Assembly: GCA_000092065.1 (NCBI GenBank) | Contig: CP000584.1 | DNA from: Ostreococcus lucimarinus | Taxonomy: Eukaryota | Strand: one strand, 5' to 3' | Length of the DNA stretch: 64,000 nt | Part shown: piece after piece, positions 1-13,800 of the stretch | How the letters are laid out: each line of letters opens with the position of its first letter | Numbering within the stretch: position 1 is the first letter of the stretch | The notes under the pieces: model-generated | Seen by the model: the letters and a program-made list of their open reading frames with translations, nothing else | Databases searched by the model: none | What the model was told of the DNA's origin: nothing | Position numbers and translations under genes: made by a program

Positions 1-2303
1 GTCGTTGCGTCCATGAAGAACCCGTAAGGTCCTTCGGCGTCGGAGGTGGATTTTATGAATCCGCTTGGCGACATGATGGCGGTGACGGTGCTTTCGAGCG
101 TCGGTCGTCCGCTTGCGTACTTTTCTTCATCCTTCGTGATTGCCACACCATTGTTTTGCAACCACGCAGTGGCTTCCGCTTCGAACAGCAACTGCACACC
201 TCCAGACTTCTTACCGCCGGCGCGAGACTTTTCTTGCGCTTCGGCAAACGCCTGCGCGAAACCTTCATTGTCGAGCGTAAAACCGTTCTCCTCGGCCATA
301 AGCTCCGTAAGATCATTCGGGAAACCATACGATTCCCACAACAAGAACGCTTCCGGACCAGAAATCACTGTTCTACCTTCTTGCTTAGCCGCCGCGAGAA
401 CCTTGCCGAATTGGTCGATACCCTTTTGGAGCGTTCGGCCGAACGACTCCTCTTCGTCGGCGATGATTTCGGTAATGTGCGTTTGCTTGGCGACGAGTTC
501 TGGGAATACAGCTCCAAGCTGCTGAATCAAACACGGGACGAGTTTGTGAAAGAAACCTTGCTTTGCACCGAGCTTCTCACGTCCGAAGCGGACCGCTCGG
601 CGAAGGACGCGACGCAACACGTAGTTGCGGCCATCTGACCCGGGAGCCGCGCCATCGGCGATGGCGATGGACAATGTGCGAATATGATCAGCGACAACGC
701 GGTAAGCCATGTCTTTCTCCCCGACGTCCTCCTTGCCGAGAAGGCCAGTGTAGGGTGCGGCACCACTGATGCGCTGAATCTCCTTGAAGATGGGCATAAA
801 GACATCCGTATCGTAATTGCTCATCTTGTTTTGTAAGATCGACGTCAGACGCTCGAAACCCATACCGGTGTCGACATGCTTCGAGGGAAGCGATTTGAGA
901 ACACCGCCCTCTTCGCGATTGTACTGAATGAACACGACGTTCCAGATTTCGAGGCAGTTCGGGTCATCCATGTTCACCAAGGAGGCCGCGTCTCTGCCAC
1001 CGATGCGATCATAGTGAATCTCAGTGCATGGACCGCACGGGCCGACGTCGCCCATCTCCCAGAAGTTGTCCGCGCACCCAAATGGCATGACGCGAGACTC
1101 CGGAAGATACTTCAACCAAATTGCCTTGGCCTCTAAGTCGGGTTGCAAGCCTTGCGACTCGTCACCGCCAAAGTACGTCGCATACAAGCGATCGGGCGCG
1201 AGACCGTACACATTCGTGAGAAGATCCCACGCCATACCGATGGCTTCTTCCTTGAAGTAATCGCCGAAAGACCAGTTACCCAACATCTCAAAGAAGGTGT
1301 GATGGTACGTGTCTTTTCCAACATCGTCCAAATCGTTGTGCTTCCCGCCTGCGCGAATGCACTTTTGCGTATTCGTCGCCCTGGTGAGCTTGGCAAACGC
1401 CGTCTTCGGATCAGCCTTGCCCAGGAAAATCGGTTTGTATTGATTCATGCCCGCGTTTGCGAAGAGAAGCGTGGGGTCGTTGACAGGCACCGCTGGCGAT
1501 GACGGCCAGTTCACGTGGCCCTGCTTTTCGATGAAGTAGTTGACGAAGGTATCTCTGACGCGCGAGGACGGCCATTCTTCTACGTACTTGACCGGCCGCG
1601 GCAACTCCTTCGGTCCACTAGGATCGTACGTCGCGGCTTGCTCGCACACCGGCATCGTACCCACGGATTCAAGCCATTCTTGCGTCGCGTACACGGTCTC
1701 GATCCATCGCAAAAGCTTCGGGTAGTTGGCTTGCCATTCGCTTCGCGGGACGAGGTAGCAGTACACGTTGCTCAAGCCGCTCGCGCCGACGATATCAGCG
1801 AGCGAAAGCGCGTTATCTACCAAGAACACAGCATCGTGCGCCGATAAGTACGCCTCCACGGCCGCCATGAACCCAGCCACGATCTTTTTCGCCTCGCTCT
1901 CCTTCTTTTCATCGTACACGATTCCCCGAGCGGCGCCGATGCCCACAATCGGATACAACCACTGCGGTCCGCACACGTCCACGACGTTGAAAGAATCCAT
2001 CCAACCATCAATTCTCGCTCGTGTCCACGCATCATTGGGGTAAATGCTCCCTCCCGTAGCCCCAGTGCTCGCCAAATACCTCGCGATCGCGTTACTTTCA
2101 AACGCCGCGCTCCCGCGCTCGACGTTTTCCACGCACGGCACCTTTCCAAACGGGTTCTTTTCCTTCAAGTACGCCGCGCTCTTGTTCGTCGTCCCCATCA
2201 CGCACTCCGCTTGCTCCAGCGTTTCATCCTTCACGCCAGCGAACCGCGCCGCCGCCGCGATTCGATGCGACCGCGTCGTGCTTCCGTACAGTTTGAGTCC
2301 CAT
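1..2303 (-). CDS. Alanyl-tRNA synthetase, N-terminal ~767 codons (partial; C-terminal part lies beyond the left edge). It carries an N-terminal GST-like domain of about 220 aa.
   Basis: Minus-strand reading frame is open from the ATG (complement of CAT at 2301-2303, with an in-frame TGA just upstream) to position 1. The ORF track omits it because there is no stop inside the window. Translation contains the AlaRS hallmarks [66 protein letters not shown] and [17 protein letters not shown]. Residues 1 to about 220 ([27 protein letters not shown]...[11 protein letters not shown]...[10 protein letters not shown]) resemble the GST/EF1B-gamma-like appended domains of some eukaryotic aaRS. Confidence 0.85.
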   Translation of the reverse strand, partial: MGLKLYGSTTRSHRIAAAARFAGVKDETLEQAECVMGTTNKSAAYLKEKNPFGKVPCVENVERGSAAFESNAIARYLASTGATGGSIYPNDAWTRARIDGWMDSFNVVDVCGPQWLYPIVGIGAARGIVYDEKKESEAKKIVAGFMAAVEAYLSAHDAVFLVDNALSLADIVGASGLSNVYCYLVPRSEWQANYPKLLRWIETVYATQEWLESVGTMPVCEQAATYDPSGPKELPRPVKYVEEWPSSRVRDTFVNYFIEKQGHVNWPSSPAVPVNDPTLLFANAGMNQYKPIFLGKADPKTAFAKLTRATNTQKCIRAGGKHNDLDDVGKDTYHHTFFEMLGNWSFGDYFKEEAIGMAWDLLTNVYGLAPDRLYATYFGGDESQGLQPDLEAKAIWLKYLPESRVMPFGCADNFWEMGDVGPCGPCTEIHYDRIGGRDAASLVNMDDPNCLEIWNVVFIQYNREEGGVLKSLPSKHVDTGMGFERLTSILQNKMSNYDTDVFMPIFKEIQRISGAAPYTGLLGKEDVGEKDMAYRVVADHIRTLSIAIADGAAPGSDGRNYVLRRVLRRAVRFGREKLGAKQGFFHKLVPCLIQQLGAVFPELVAKQTHITEIIADEEESFGRTLQKGIDQFGKVLAAAKQEGRTVISGPEAFLLWESYGFPNDLTELMAEENGFTLDNEGFAQAFAEAQEKSRAGGKKSGGVQLLFEAEATAWLQNNGVAITKDEEKYASGRPTLESTVTAIMSPSGFIKSTSDAEGPYGFFMDAT

Positions 2304-2736
2304 CGCGCCAAAAACTTTGCCACGGATCGAGAGCAATCACCGTCGTTCCCTCGCGCGCGCGGCGCGTTCGCGGGCGTCGGTCGTGGACTTTCGCGTTCGA
2401 GTGCGTTCGCTTCGCGTCCGTTCGCTCGCGCGCGGACGATCGGCGTGCGCGACGCGCGTGGGAGTGACGTTCCATTCGCCGACGCGTCGAGGCGGCGGCT
2501 TTCGCCCTATCCACGAAAGAAAGACCTGAAACCACGCGGGTGCGAAAACCAAAAACGCGGGCGGGCGAGAAGGCGAATCGAGGTTTTAATGCACGTTCAT
2601 ACATAATGCTGTAGGTATTCTCAAGCGCGAAGACCGAGCGAAGAAGTTTGACTAGGAGCGCGAGGCGAACGAACCGAGCGCGGTGCTACGCCGCAGGGCG
2701 GCGCGAGGTCGACGCGATGCTCACGAGACGCGGCGC

Positions 2737-5745
<3,009 letters not shown>

Positions 5746-5856
5746 TTATTAGTTTTTAGTAATACAAAGATCAGATGGATATCGATAAGGATTTTCTTTT
5801 CGCTTGCCACATTTCGGTTTTGTTGTGCCGGGTCTTGGTTTATCATTCTCGGATCG

Positions 5857-7095
5857 TCAAGCGATGATATCGCTTTGCAAAGCTTCGTTACTAGCGCCAC
5901 CGCTACCGTCACCGCTACCATCGCCGCTACTGTTATCGTCGGGTGAAGCGTCGGACACTTTGCCAAAAGTTTTGGGACGCAAACGCTCGGCATCTTGGGC
6001 GTCGAGAAACGTCGAGCATCCGTCCTCCAAAAGGTCGGATTGCTGCTGCCACATTTGCTTCGAGCACATATTATTCCGCAAATTTCGAATCAGTAAAAGA
6101 GCAGTCTCCCTGTCGATGGCCGTCATATTTTCCAATGGCGTCGTGTGCGACAATCTCAAAGCGTGTTCTGGCTCTGTTCGCGCTTCGTTCACTTTGAACA
6201 AATCTGCGAGAAAACCGTAGACGGTAGCGAAATCTGGGGTGTTCGTGCTATTTTGTAGCGGTGGTGGCACGCCCGGAGCGCGTTTCGGCGCTACGGGTAG
6301 CGAGCCATCCGGTTCCACTTGCAGCCGTAAACGCATCGCTTGCGACATGCCTGGCACGTAGTTGACGGCGCGCTCACCGTCTGCATGATTGCTTTTTTTG
6401 TGTCTCGGTGGCGGCATCTGGTCTCCTTGACCAGACTTCATCAGCTTCAGGAAGTGTTTTTGCGCGTGTGATCTGATCTGCACAACGTCCTTTGATCCGA
6501 CGTATTCCTCGATTCGTTTCCAGTCGCGGCTATACAACTCCAGCGCTCGCAAAAATCTCTGATGTTCCTTCGGCGTCCACGACACACGCGCCCGAGTCTG
6601 CGTGTACGGTTTACGAGGTTTCTTTTTTCCATCCGCACTCGCTCCGCGCGTCGCCGACTTTCGCTTCGACATCTTGTTCGTGTCGCGCGCCACCTTGTCC
6701 ACGGCGGCTTGCACCATCTCCTTGGTGACGATCGGTGGCGACGTCGTCGGCCCGGGGTCCGCCTGCGCCTCCGCGTGCCCTGGCGCCGCCACCAATGCAC
6801 CGTGCTTCATCTTCCGCGTCGCGCCGATCGCGTCCTCGGTCGATCGGGTGCCGACGCGTCGAGCGGGTGCCGACGCGTCGAGCCGATCCGATCCGACGAT
6901 CGAGCCACTCGACACCGTCACCGCGCGCGCGCGCCCGACCCTCTTTCGCGTCCGCGCGCGTCGCGCGACGCGCTCGCGTCGTTCGAGCGCGCGTCTCGCC
7001 CGACGCGTCGGTGCCGCGCCGCGGTGCGTCGAGCGACCGCGTGTGACGCTTCGGTCGCGACGCGTCCGAGCGCTGGAGCGCGCGTTCGCCCGCAC
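5857..7095 (-). CDS. CCA1: CCA1/LHY/REVEILLE-type single-Myb (SHAQKYF-class) transcription factor. The real start is probably Met at 6810 (MKHGAL...), giving about 318 aa.
   Basis: Myb/SANT domain WTPKEHQRFLRALELYSRDWKRIEEYVGSKDVVQIRSHAQKHFLKL matches the CCA1/RVE signature (WTEEEH..FLEAL.LYGR.WQ.IE.H.GTK...QIRSHAQKYF). The Arg-rich first ~95 codons of the ORF look like a translated GC-rich leader. Confidence 0.75.
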   Translation of the reverse strand: MRANARSSARTRRDRSVTRGRSTHRGAAPTRRARRALERRERVARRARTRKRVGRARAVTVSSGSIVGSDRLDASAPARRVGTRSTEDAIGATRKMKHGALVAAPGHAEAQADPGPTTSPPIVTKEMVQAAVDKVARDTNKMSKRKSATRGASADGKKKPRKPYTQTRARVSWTPKEHQRFLRALELYSRDWKRIEEYVGSKDVVQIRSHAQKHFLKLMKSGQGDQMPPPRHKKSNHADGERAVNYVPGMSQAMRLRLQVEPDGSLPVAPKRAPGVPPPLQNSTNTPDFATVYGFLADLFKVNEARTEPEHALRLSHTTPLENMTAIDRETALLLIRNLRNNMCSKQMWQQQSDLLEDGCSTFLDAQDAERLRPKTFGKVSDASPDDNSSGDGSGDGSGGASNEALQSDIIA

Positions 7096-7115
7096 TTCGC
7101 GCCGCGCCTCGCAGC

Positions 7116-7664
7116 ATGGCCACGGTGGCCATCGCGCCCGACGTCCAGACGCACCCCACGGCGACGGCGGTGACGCTGGCGCTGAAGATGGCGCCGATCG
7201 CGACGTACTTGGCGTGCGAACTCGTCAATTCGGACGGTTTCGTCGCAAATTTCGTGGCGTGCGTCCTCGCGCTCGCGGTCGATTTTTGGTGGTGCAAGAA
7301 CGTCAGCGGACGCTTGCTCGTCGGTCTGCGGTATTGGAACGAGATAGACGACGCCGGGGAGTCGCGGTGGCGGTTCGAGGCGAGGGACGACGAGGGCATG
7401 GCGCGCGTGAGCGCGAACGAGAAGCGACTCTTCTGGACGACGCTGTACGGAGGCGCCATCGCGTGGGCCGCGCTGCTCGTCGGCGCCATCGCGTCGTTCG
7501 AATTGAACTACGCGTTGATCCCGTTGGTGGCGCTGTGCTTGGCGATGACGAATTTGGTGGGGTACTTTAAGTGTTCGAAGGACGCGCAGAGTCAGTTGAA
7601 TGGATTCGCGCGAAGGCAAGTCGCGAGCGCGTTGTTTTCGGGCGTCGGGTCCTCGGCCTCGTAG
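7116..7664 (+). CDS. TVP23: Golgi apparatus membrane protein TVP23 (FAM18/DUF846 family)
   Basis: 182-aa ORF with four predicted TM segments and the family motif DFWWCKNVSGRLLVGLRYWNEIDDAGESRWRFE, then later LVGYFKCSK. It is divergent from the CCA1-like gene, separated by about 300 bp. Confidence 0.8.
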   Translation: MATVAIAPDVQTHPTATAVTLALKMAPIATYLACELVNSDGFVANFVACVLALAVDFWWCKNVSGRLLVGLRYWNEIDDAGESRWRFEARDDEGMARVSANEKRLFWTTLYGGAIAWAALLVGAIASFELNYALIPLVALCLAMTNLVGYFKCSKDAQSQLNGFARRQVASALFSGVGSSAS

Positions 7665-7684
7665 ATCGAGGGTTTCGTTCATGT

Positions 7685-7693
7685 AGATATTTT
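7685..7693 (-). promoter_or_regulatory. Evening Element (AAAATATCT, the CCA1/LHY/RVE binding site), the only perfect copy in the window
   Basis: Plus-strand AGATATTTT at 7685-7693 is the reverse complement of AAAATATCT. It lies 21 bp after the TVP23 stop and about 200 bp upstream of the ATG (7897) of the giant gene. The whole window was scanned on both strands for AAAATATCT and AGATATTTT. Confidence 0.4.
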
Positions 7694-7869
7694 AGGAGTT
7701 GTAACGCGCGCGATTCGCGCGATTCTCGCGTTCGTCTTGAGCCGCACGACGTTTTGATCCTCGCGAGAGCGTCGTCGCGCCGCGCGAGATTCAACCAGTC
7801 ATCGACATTCCGAACCGGTGCGGCATCATACGGCGACGCGTCGTCACCCGATCGCGTCGGAGGCGAGAC

Positions 7870-10800
7870 TTGCGGTTATTCCGGAGTCGACGCGCGATGT
7901 CGCGCGCCGCGGGCGCGTCCGCGCCGTCCACGGCGAGCTCGCACGTTGCGTTCAGTGGCTGGCTGACCAAGCGCGGAGGAAAGGATTTATACGGTAAAGC
8001 CACGTGGCGCCTGCGATATTTCGTGCTTCGACGACCGAGACACGCGAAAGAGCGGGCGTGCGTGCGGTACTTCGCCAACGAACCCGCGGACGGGGCGGAG
8101 AGCGCGGCGAAAGGGGAGTTTGCGATTAACGGACAGAGTGCGGTGCGAATCTTGGATTCCGATGAAACGTTCGCGGAATTCGGGCTCAAAGCGCACAAGT
8201 ATGCCGGGAAGCGGATGTTTGCGTTTCAGACGATGCCGGGGCAGGGCGGGAAGAGCGCGGCGCTTGTCGTGGAGGCGGAGGATCTGACGACGATGCAACG
8301 GTGGGTGACGGCGATTAGCGAAGCAATCACTCGGGCAAGAAGTTTGGAGAATGAAGCGGCGAGTAAAACCGGTTTGGCGGTGTTAAACGCGCAAGTCGAT
8401 GGCGATGAAAACGATGTTTTACGAGGGAAGAACTTTCGGGGGACGCTTGAATTGGCGGGACTTTGCGGACCGCTCGGCGACGGCGCGCTCCCCGTGCATT
8501 TGGACGCGTGCTGGGAGAATTTGACCTTTGTTGATCTCATGGCGGATTCGTGCTTGAACGAAAAGCTCGGCAAGATGCGACGATCGAAATACGTGCGCGA
8601 GACGTTGACGAGCTTGGTCGACAGTGCGATCACGATTGGACGGTGCTTGGGGGCGTCGCCGATTCCCATGAGCGGGCCAGAGTCTAACGCGATGAGCACG
8701 ATTCGTCGAGCTCTTGATGATATGCTCGCACTCGCTCGCTTGATGCCAGTCGGTACGAAAGACAATAATATTTTTGTTTCGTTTCTTGCGGCGCTGTTGG
8801 ATCGCGTTCGTCAGCTTCGACCAGGTGAACTGATCATGTGTCCGGGAGGTTGGGCAAACGAAGAAGGCGGCGCTGCGGTGATTTACACCATTCACCGTCT
8901 CCCCGCACACTTCGTTGTGAGCTTGACCAACTGCGGCGACGGTGTGGAGTTTCATCCTATTCAAGCTGATCCTGCGAAAGATGCTTTCAAGTATATTCAT
9001 ACCATTCAGTTGATGGACGTTCCGATAGCCGTCGCGATGGACTCCTCGGCGTGGGCGCTGCTGTTCCGCCCGTTGATTTTCCCTCAAGACGCCGCCAGTG
9101 CGAAAGACATGATTTACAACAAGCTCCTTCCCATGATGAATGGTCGTCCTCTACTCGCTTCGGTCACCCCCAAACCACTGCGCACTGTTAAGTTTGCGAA
9201 ACAGCCAAGAGGACGCGATTCAAGCGGCGTCTTTACCGCACTCGAAGCCGCTCGATGCGGTCTCGCTAGTTTAGGTTGCCCGCCGAATCGTGCAGATGCG
9301 TTGGTGAACCTTGGAGTAAGGTTTGTCATGCTTGAAGAGGCCAAGCGCGATTTGGAGCGCGTGAACATGATCGGTGCAAGCGCTCTGGTTACGTTGCAAG
9401 CGGCGTGTAGAACGGTTGCGGAATACGCGGCGAATCATGCCGACTTGTGCGTCGAGGCAGAAGAAGCAAGTAATGGTGAGCCACCGAAGAAAACGACAAT
9501 GCCCCGAGAAACGCTGGCGCAGATGTTGCGCTCAGTTGAATCGGTGATTCTGCGGACAAAGGCCCTGCACGGCGCAACGACACTACCGCCGGCATTGCAA
9601 CCGCCGAAGGTACCGATCACGGCGTGCGCTTTACCACTCTTCAACCGCCTCGCCAGCGAAGGTAACGTAGATTCGTTAGCAGGTGCAGCTAGAACGCCAC
9701 CGATTTTGAGGCCAGTCGAACTCACATTGGTGCCGGATGCCGTGGCGAAGCTAGAAGACGTACCCAAGGCGTTGAGAAACGCGCTGCATTGCTGCACGAT
9801 TCTCGCAAACCAAGCGGATTTGATGCCAAACTCTTACGCCTTGCGCGTGAGCTTGCTCGTGCACTTGTTTGTACATGTCCTGCCGGCACCTTTACCTATT
9901 ACGCACCCTGAGAGACATACGAAATGCTTTTGGGCATCGGTGAACACCACCTATGAGCTCCAAGCTGAAATTTTGAGGAGTCTAAATTTGTTGCTGCGGC
10001 ACTTTTCCGCCGCAGCGCTTTCAATCAGCGTCACGCAGACTTTCGATGCAGCGCGTTTACTCACCATTGCCAATTTCGCGGCAATCGCGGATGCGACGCT
10101 TCGTCTTAAAGTAGCAGACGCGCCGTCTGCGTTCATGCAACACTACGCCGGATACGCCGAAGGTCCGATTTCGGCGTTTGGTTTTGAAATCGGTCCGTTC
10201 GCCGTTGAGGCAGAGTACTTGCGTTTCCACTGCCCAGAACGTACCATTAGGTTGACTCAGACGCTGGATTACTTTCATAGCTTGAAGAAAACGATCGAGA
10301 GCGATCACATGATTTACCGTTGGGAGAATGAAGCCGCGGGTGGGATGTCGTTTGGCGTCGGCGAGGCGAGACTCATCGATCAAGTCTGTTTGCAAATGGG
10401 TATCGGCCGAGAAGATCCAGAGTACTTGGCAAAGTATCACAGTGGCGAGTTGCGTGAGTTTGCCGATAGCTATCCGGAAATGAGTGCACTTCGAGATATC
10501 ATTTTCATGTTCAAGTTACTCATGGCGCCGACGTCAGACGACCTTCCAGAGCTCGCACGTTGGAAGCCCATCGACGCTGCGTTGGATTGGAGTGTGGCGC
10601 GACGCGAAAGTTCGCGTAGTTACTTTGACTTGGAAGTGCGGGCTTTCGGTCGTGCTTTGACTATTCAGCCTTGGAAAGAACCAGAGGTAGAACAGGGCAC
10701 GTCTAAGACAGGTTGGCGTAACATTTTTGGCGGTGGATTTTTCGCAAGAATGCAAGATCGCCGGCCGCGATGCCCACCTTCGGGCGCCAATCCCAGCAAC

Positions 10801-13800
10801 CTGGCTGGTCAGCGAGTCGACACCGAAGAAGACGTCCTTCATTTGCGCGAGGTACCAACGTTTGACAATCTGCTTAAACCAAGCGAGTCGGAGCTGCTCC
10901 TGACTTACTTGACCGCTCCCATGATTCGTTTGCCGCTCGTGATGAAGCTGTTCGCAGAACCGACACGCGTGCGCGGGTTGACGCACAACGACATTCAGAG
11001 TGTTTTAGACGCTGTGATTTTCGAGCCCGGACCTTGGGCGCCTCCAGAGCCGACGACAATACCAAAGGAAATACCTGCAACAACGCGAGCGCATATGGCA
11101 ACGCCGACTGGTTTACTCGTGCACGAGCTCATCAACTGTCCGGCGCCTCTCGCGGATAGCGCCGAAGAGCTGTTGGCGTTGAGTTTGGAATTAGATACCG
11201 GGCGTCACGACGCACCGAGCGCACAAGGGGTGTTGTTCGCGTGTAGGATGCTCACTAGACTGCTGGCGTTCGTAGATAGCATCCTCAAGGCAAATTCGCT
11301 CGATTCGGAATTCACGACATCCACTGGCTTGACGCGAGGGCTGGATTGTTCGTCGGCGTCTTTGTCGGCACTCGCGGACGTCAAAGTCCGCATCACCAAA
11401 GCACTCAAGGAGAGATGTCGACCAGTGATTCAGCGATGGTTACGTCACGCGGTGAAGAAAAATGCAATTCGTGCGGCTTGCGCACTTCACGCACATCTCG
11501 CGTACATGTACTACTGGACGCCTCGAGTAGAAATAGACAAACAAGCGGCCCTCATTATTCTCACGGCACAGCAGTACATTTTCGTGAACTACCACTTCAC
11601 AGATACACCGGATGGAAGCGAGACGAGCAATAGAAAGTTGGCGGACACGGGGAGTATGAGCGGTGTCGATACTGGTCTCGGCTTTGCGCCGACGGAGATT
11701 TTTGACCTGTTCCAGCGAAAGCGACGGAGCATTCTGGAATGGGCGGCGGCGAATCCGCAAGACGCTAATAGCATTCTGGAGAACGTCGTCGAGACGCTCA
11801 CTACTAAGAAGACAGATGGCTCGAACTCACCAACGAACGTGTTGGATGCAGAGGACACGTTTAGCGCGAAGCGTGCGTGGCGCCGTGCACCAGGTGCGGG
11901 TGGTGCTGGTAGATTTGTCAGCTACGTGTCGGATATCCCATTCGCAGATCTCGTCGAGAGGGACAAACGGGCCGCGGCGCTTTTACTTCAAAACCATCGT
12001 CACTACGGAGAGTGGCTTCTGGAGACGACGCTGCAGTCTTTCGATATGGAAATTAATGCTCAGCTCGGCGAATTCACCGTTCGAAAGAACCGATTGCGTC
12101 ATTTAGAAGCTAGTATTCGTGAAATGCCGGACTTCGTCGCAGCGCTGGGACCAGTGCTCGCCAAGCGCGGGATTGAGCCGTCGCACTTCCAAGAACTCAG
12201 CAAAGGGGACGAGCTCGTGATCGGCGATTCGGGGGATGTCGTTCACTGTGCGGAGGTAAAGAATACGGAGCATCGTACATGGATGCGTCTCGTGGGTCTC
12301 AATCATGATATTCAGTTGTGGGATCGAGATCCAAGACCGCCGCTGAACGAATTTACGCGACCGCTCGTTAGCCGCGTGCAGACAAAGTCACAAGCATTAG
12401 AACTTTTGGGTCGTGCAGTCGGTGCTGGTGGTCTCGCAAGCTGCGAGCAATGGATTCTTTCTATTCTTGATCCCATCATCAAGGGTCCGGGCGCGGGATA
12501 TCTGCACGGTGTCGAGCTCTTTTTACCCAAAAATACAATTCACGGGTCCATAGCTCGCCTCGCCGGCACTGGCGCGCCTGAGAATGCGGTGAGCGAACCT
12601 TGGAGTTTTTGGAAGCGAAAGACTGTGAGCACATCCAATGACGATCAACGTCGCGTGGAAGAGGCCAAGCAGCTCTTGACGGAGGTAATGATCGTTAGAG
12701 AACCTCCTCTGGTACAAGTTTTCCGCGTGGAATCGTACGGTCGACGTTGGCGACGTTCGTTAGTGTTCGCATCAAATGCTTCTTTCTGCCTCGCAGATAT
12801 CGATCCCGATGGTCAACCAATTCTAAAGGATGAAAATGAACGATTTTTACTATCTGCCGCGCGTCTAGGCTCGCGAGCTCCGAGTTTAGTCGTCACGAGA
12901 CTCTTGAATGGCTTCATCGGACGCGAGTCGTTTGTTCCGGCGCGACATTTGCGTGGCTTACTGCCCCAGGTTTTGCTCGAAGAGTACCAGTTTTGGCGAA
13001 GCGAAACTACTGGTGATTTATTTGGTACCGCGAATGAAAGTGCTTCGCACCCGAATACTATGATCCATGTGCGATTGGGCTATGAAAACAATTTACTGCT
13101 CGATGGAGGATTTCCCGTAGATACTCGCGCCATCGTGCGAAGACTTCCAACAATGGGTGCTGATGGGATTTCGCGTCTCCCCCCGCTAGATGGTTCGTAC
13201 GTCGATGGTCAGCTTACATTAGTAGATCTTCTGTATGCGCCCTCGCTGGCGGGTGAACAAGGGCGCGCTCTACTCGCGCTCACCAAGTCTCTCGCCGCCG
13301 TCGAAGGATTGGCACATTCGCTTGTCTGGTCATCAAAACCTGGGCTCGAAAGTGGGCCGAATGAGCACATCGCGGGTGTGTGCGATATATCGCGTGTTGA
13401 ACTTCCAAGACTTGGTGTTTCGTTCAATGCGATAGAGTCAGGTGGTGCTATTCGCTTGGAGTGTGAGGAACACGCCGGGTTGTTTTTAGCGCAAAGACGC
13501 AACGCCGCGCTCGAGATTCTGCTTACCGGGCTGCCGCATGCGCTTCTTCTCGAAGCTCGAGACGGTGCACTGTCTGTGCTATTATCGGCGAGCGCAATAC
13601 CTCGACCCGCGGCGACTGCGTCGGACTTCGCGCATGGAGCGAGCACGGGACTCGGCTCAGATCTCATAATCGATCGTTGGAGCACGCAGTGGGTGGAAAA
13701 CATAGGCAGCACAAAGCACTATGTGTATCCTGTGCATCCTTCGCATGCGACAATCAGTGCAACGTCGATGCCAGCCGCTCTATATCTCGCAATCCTGCGA

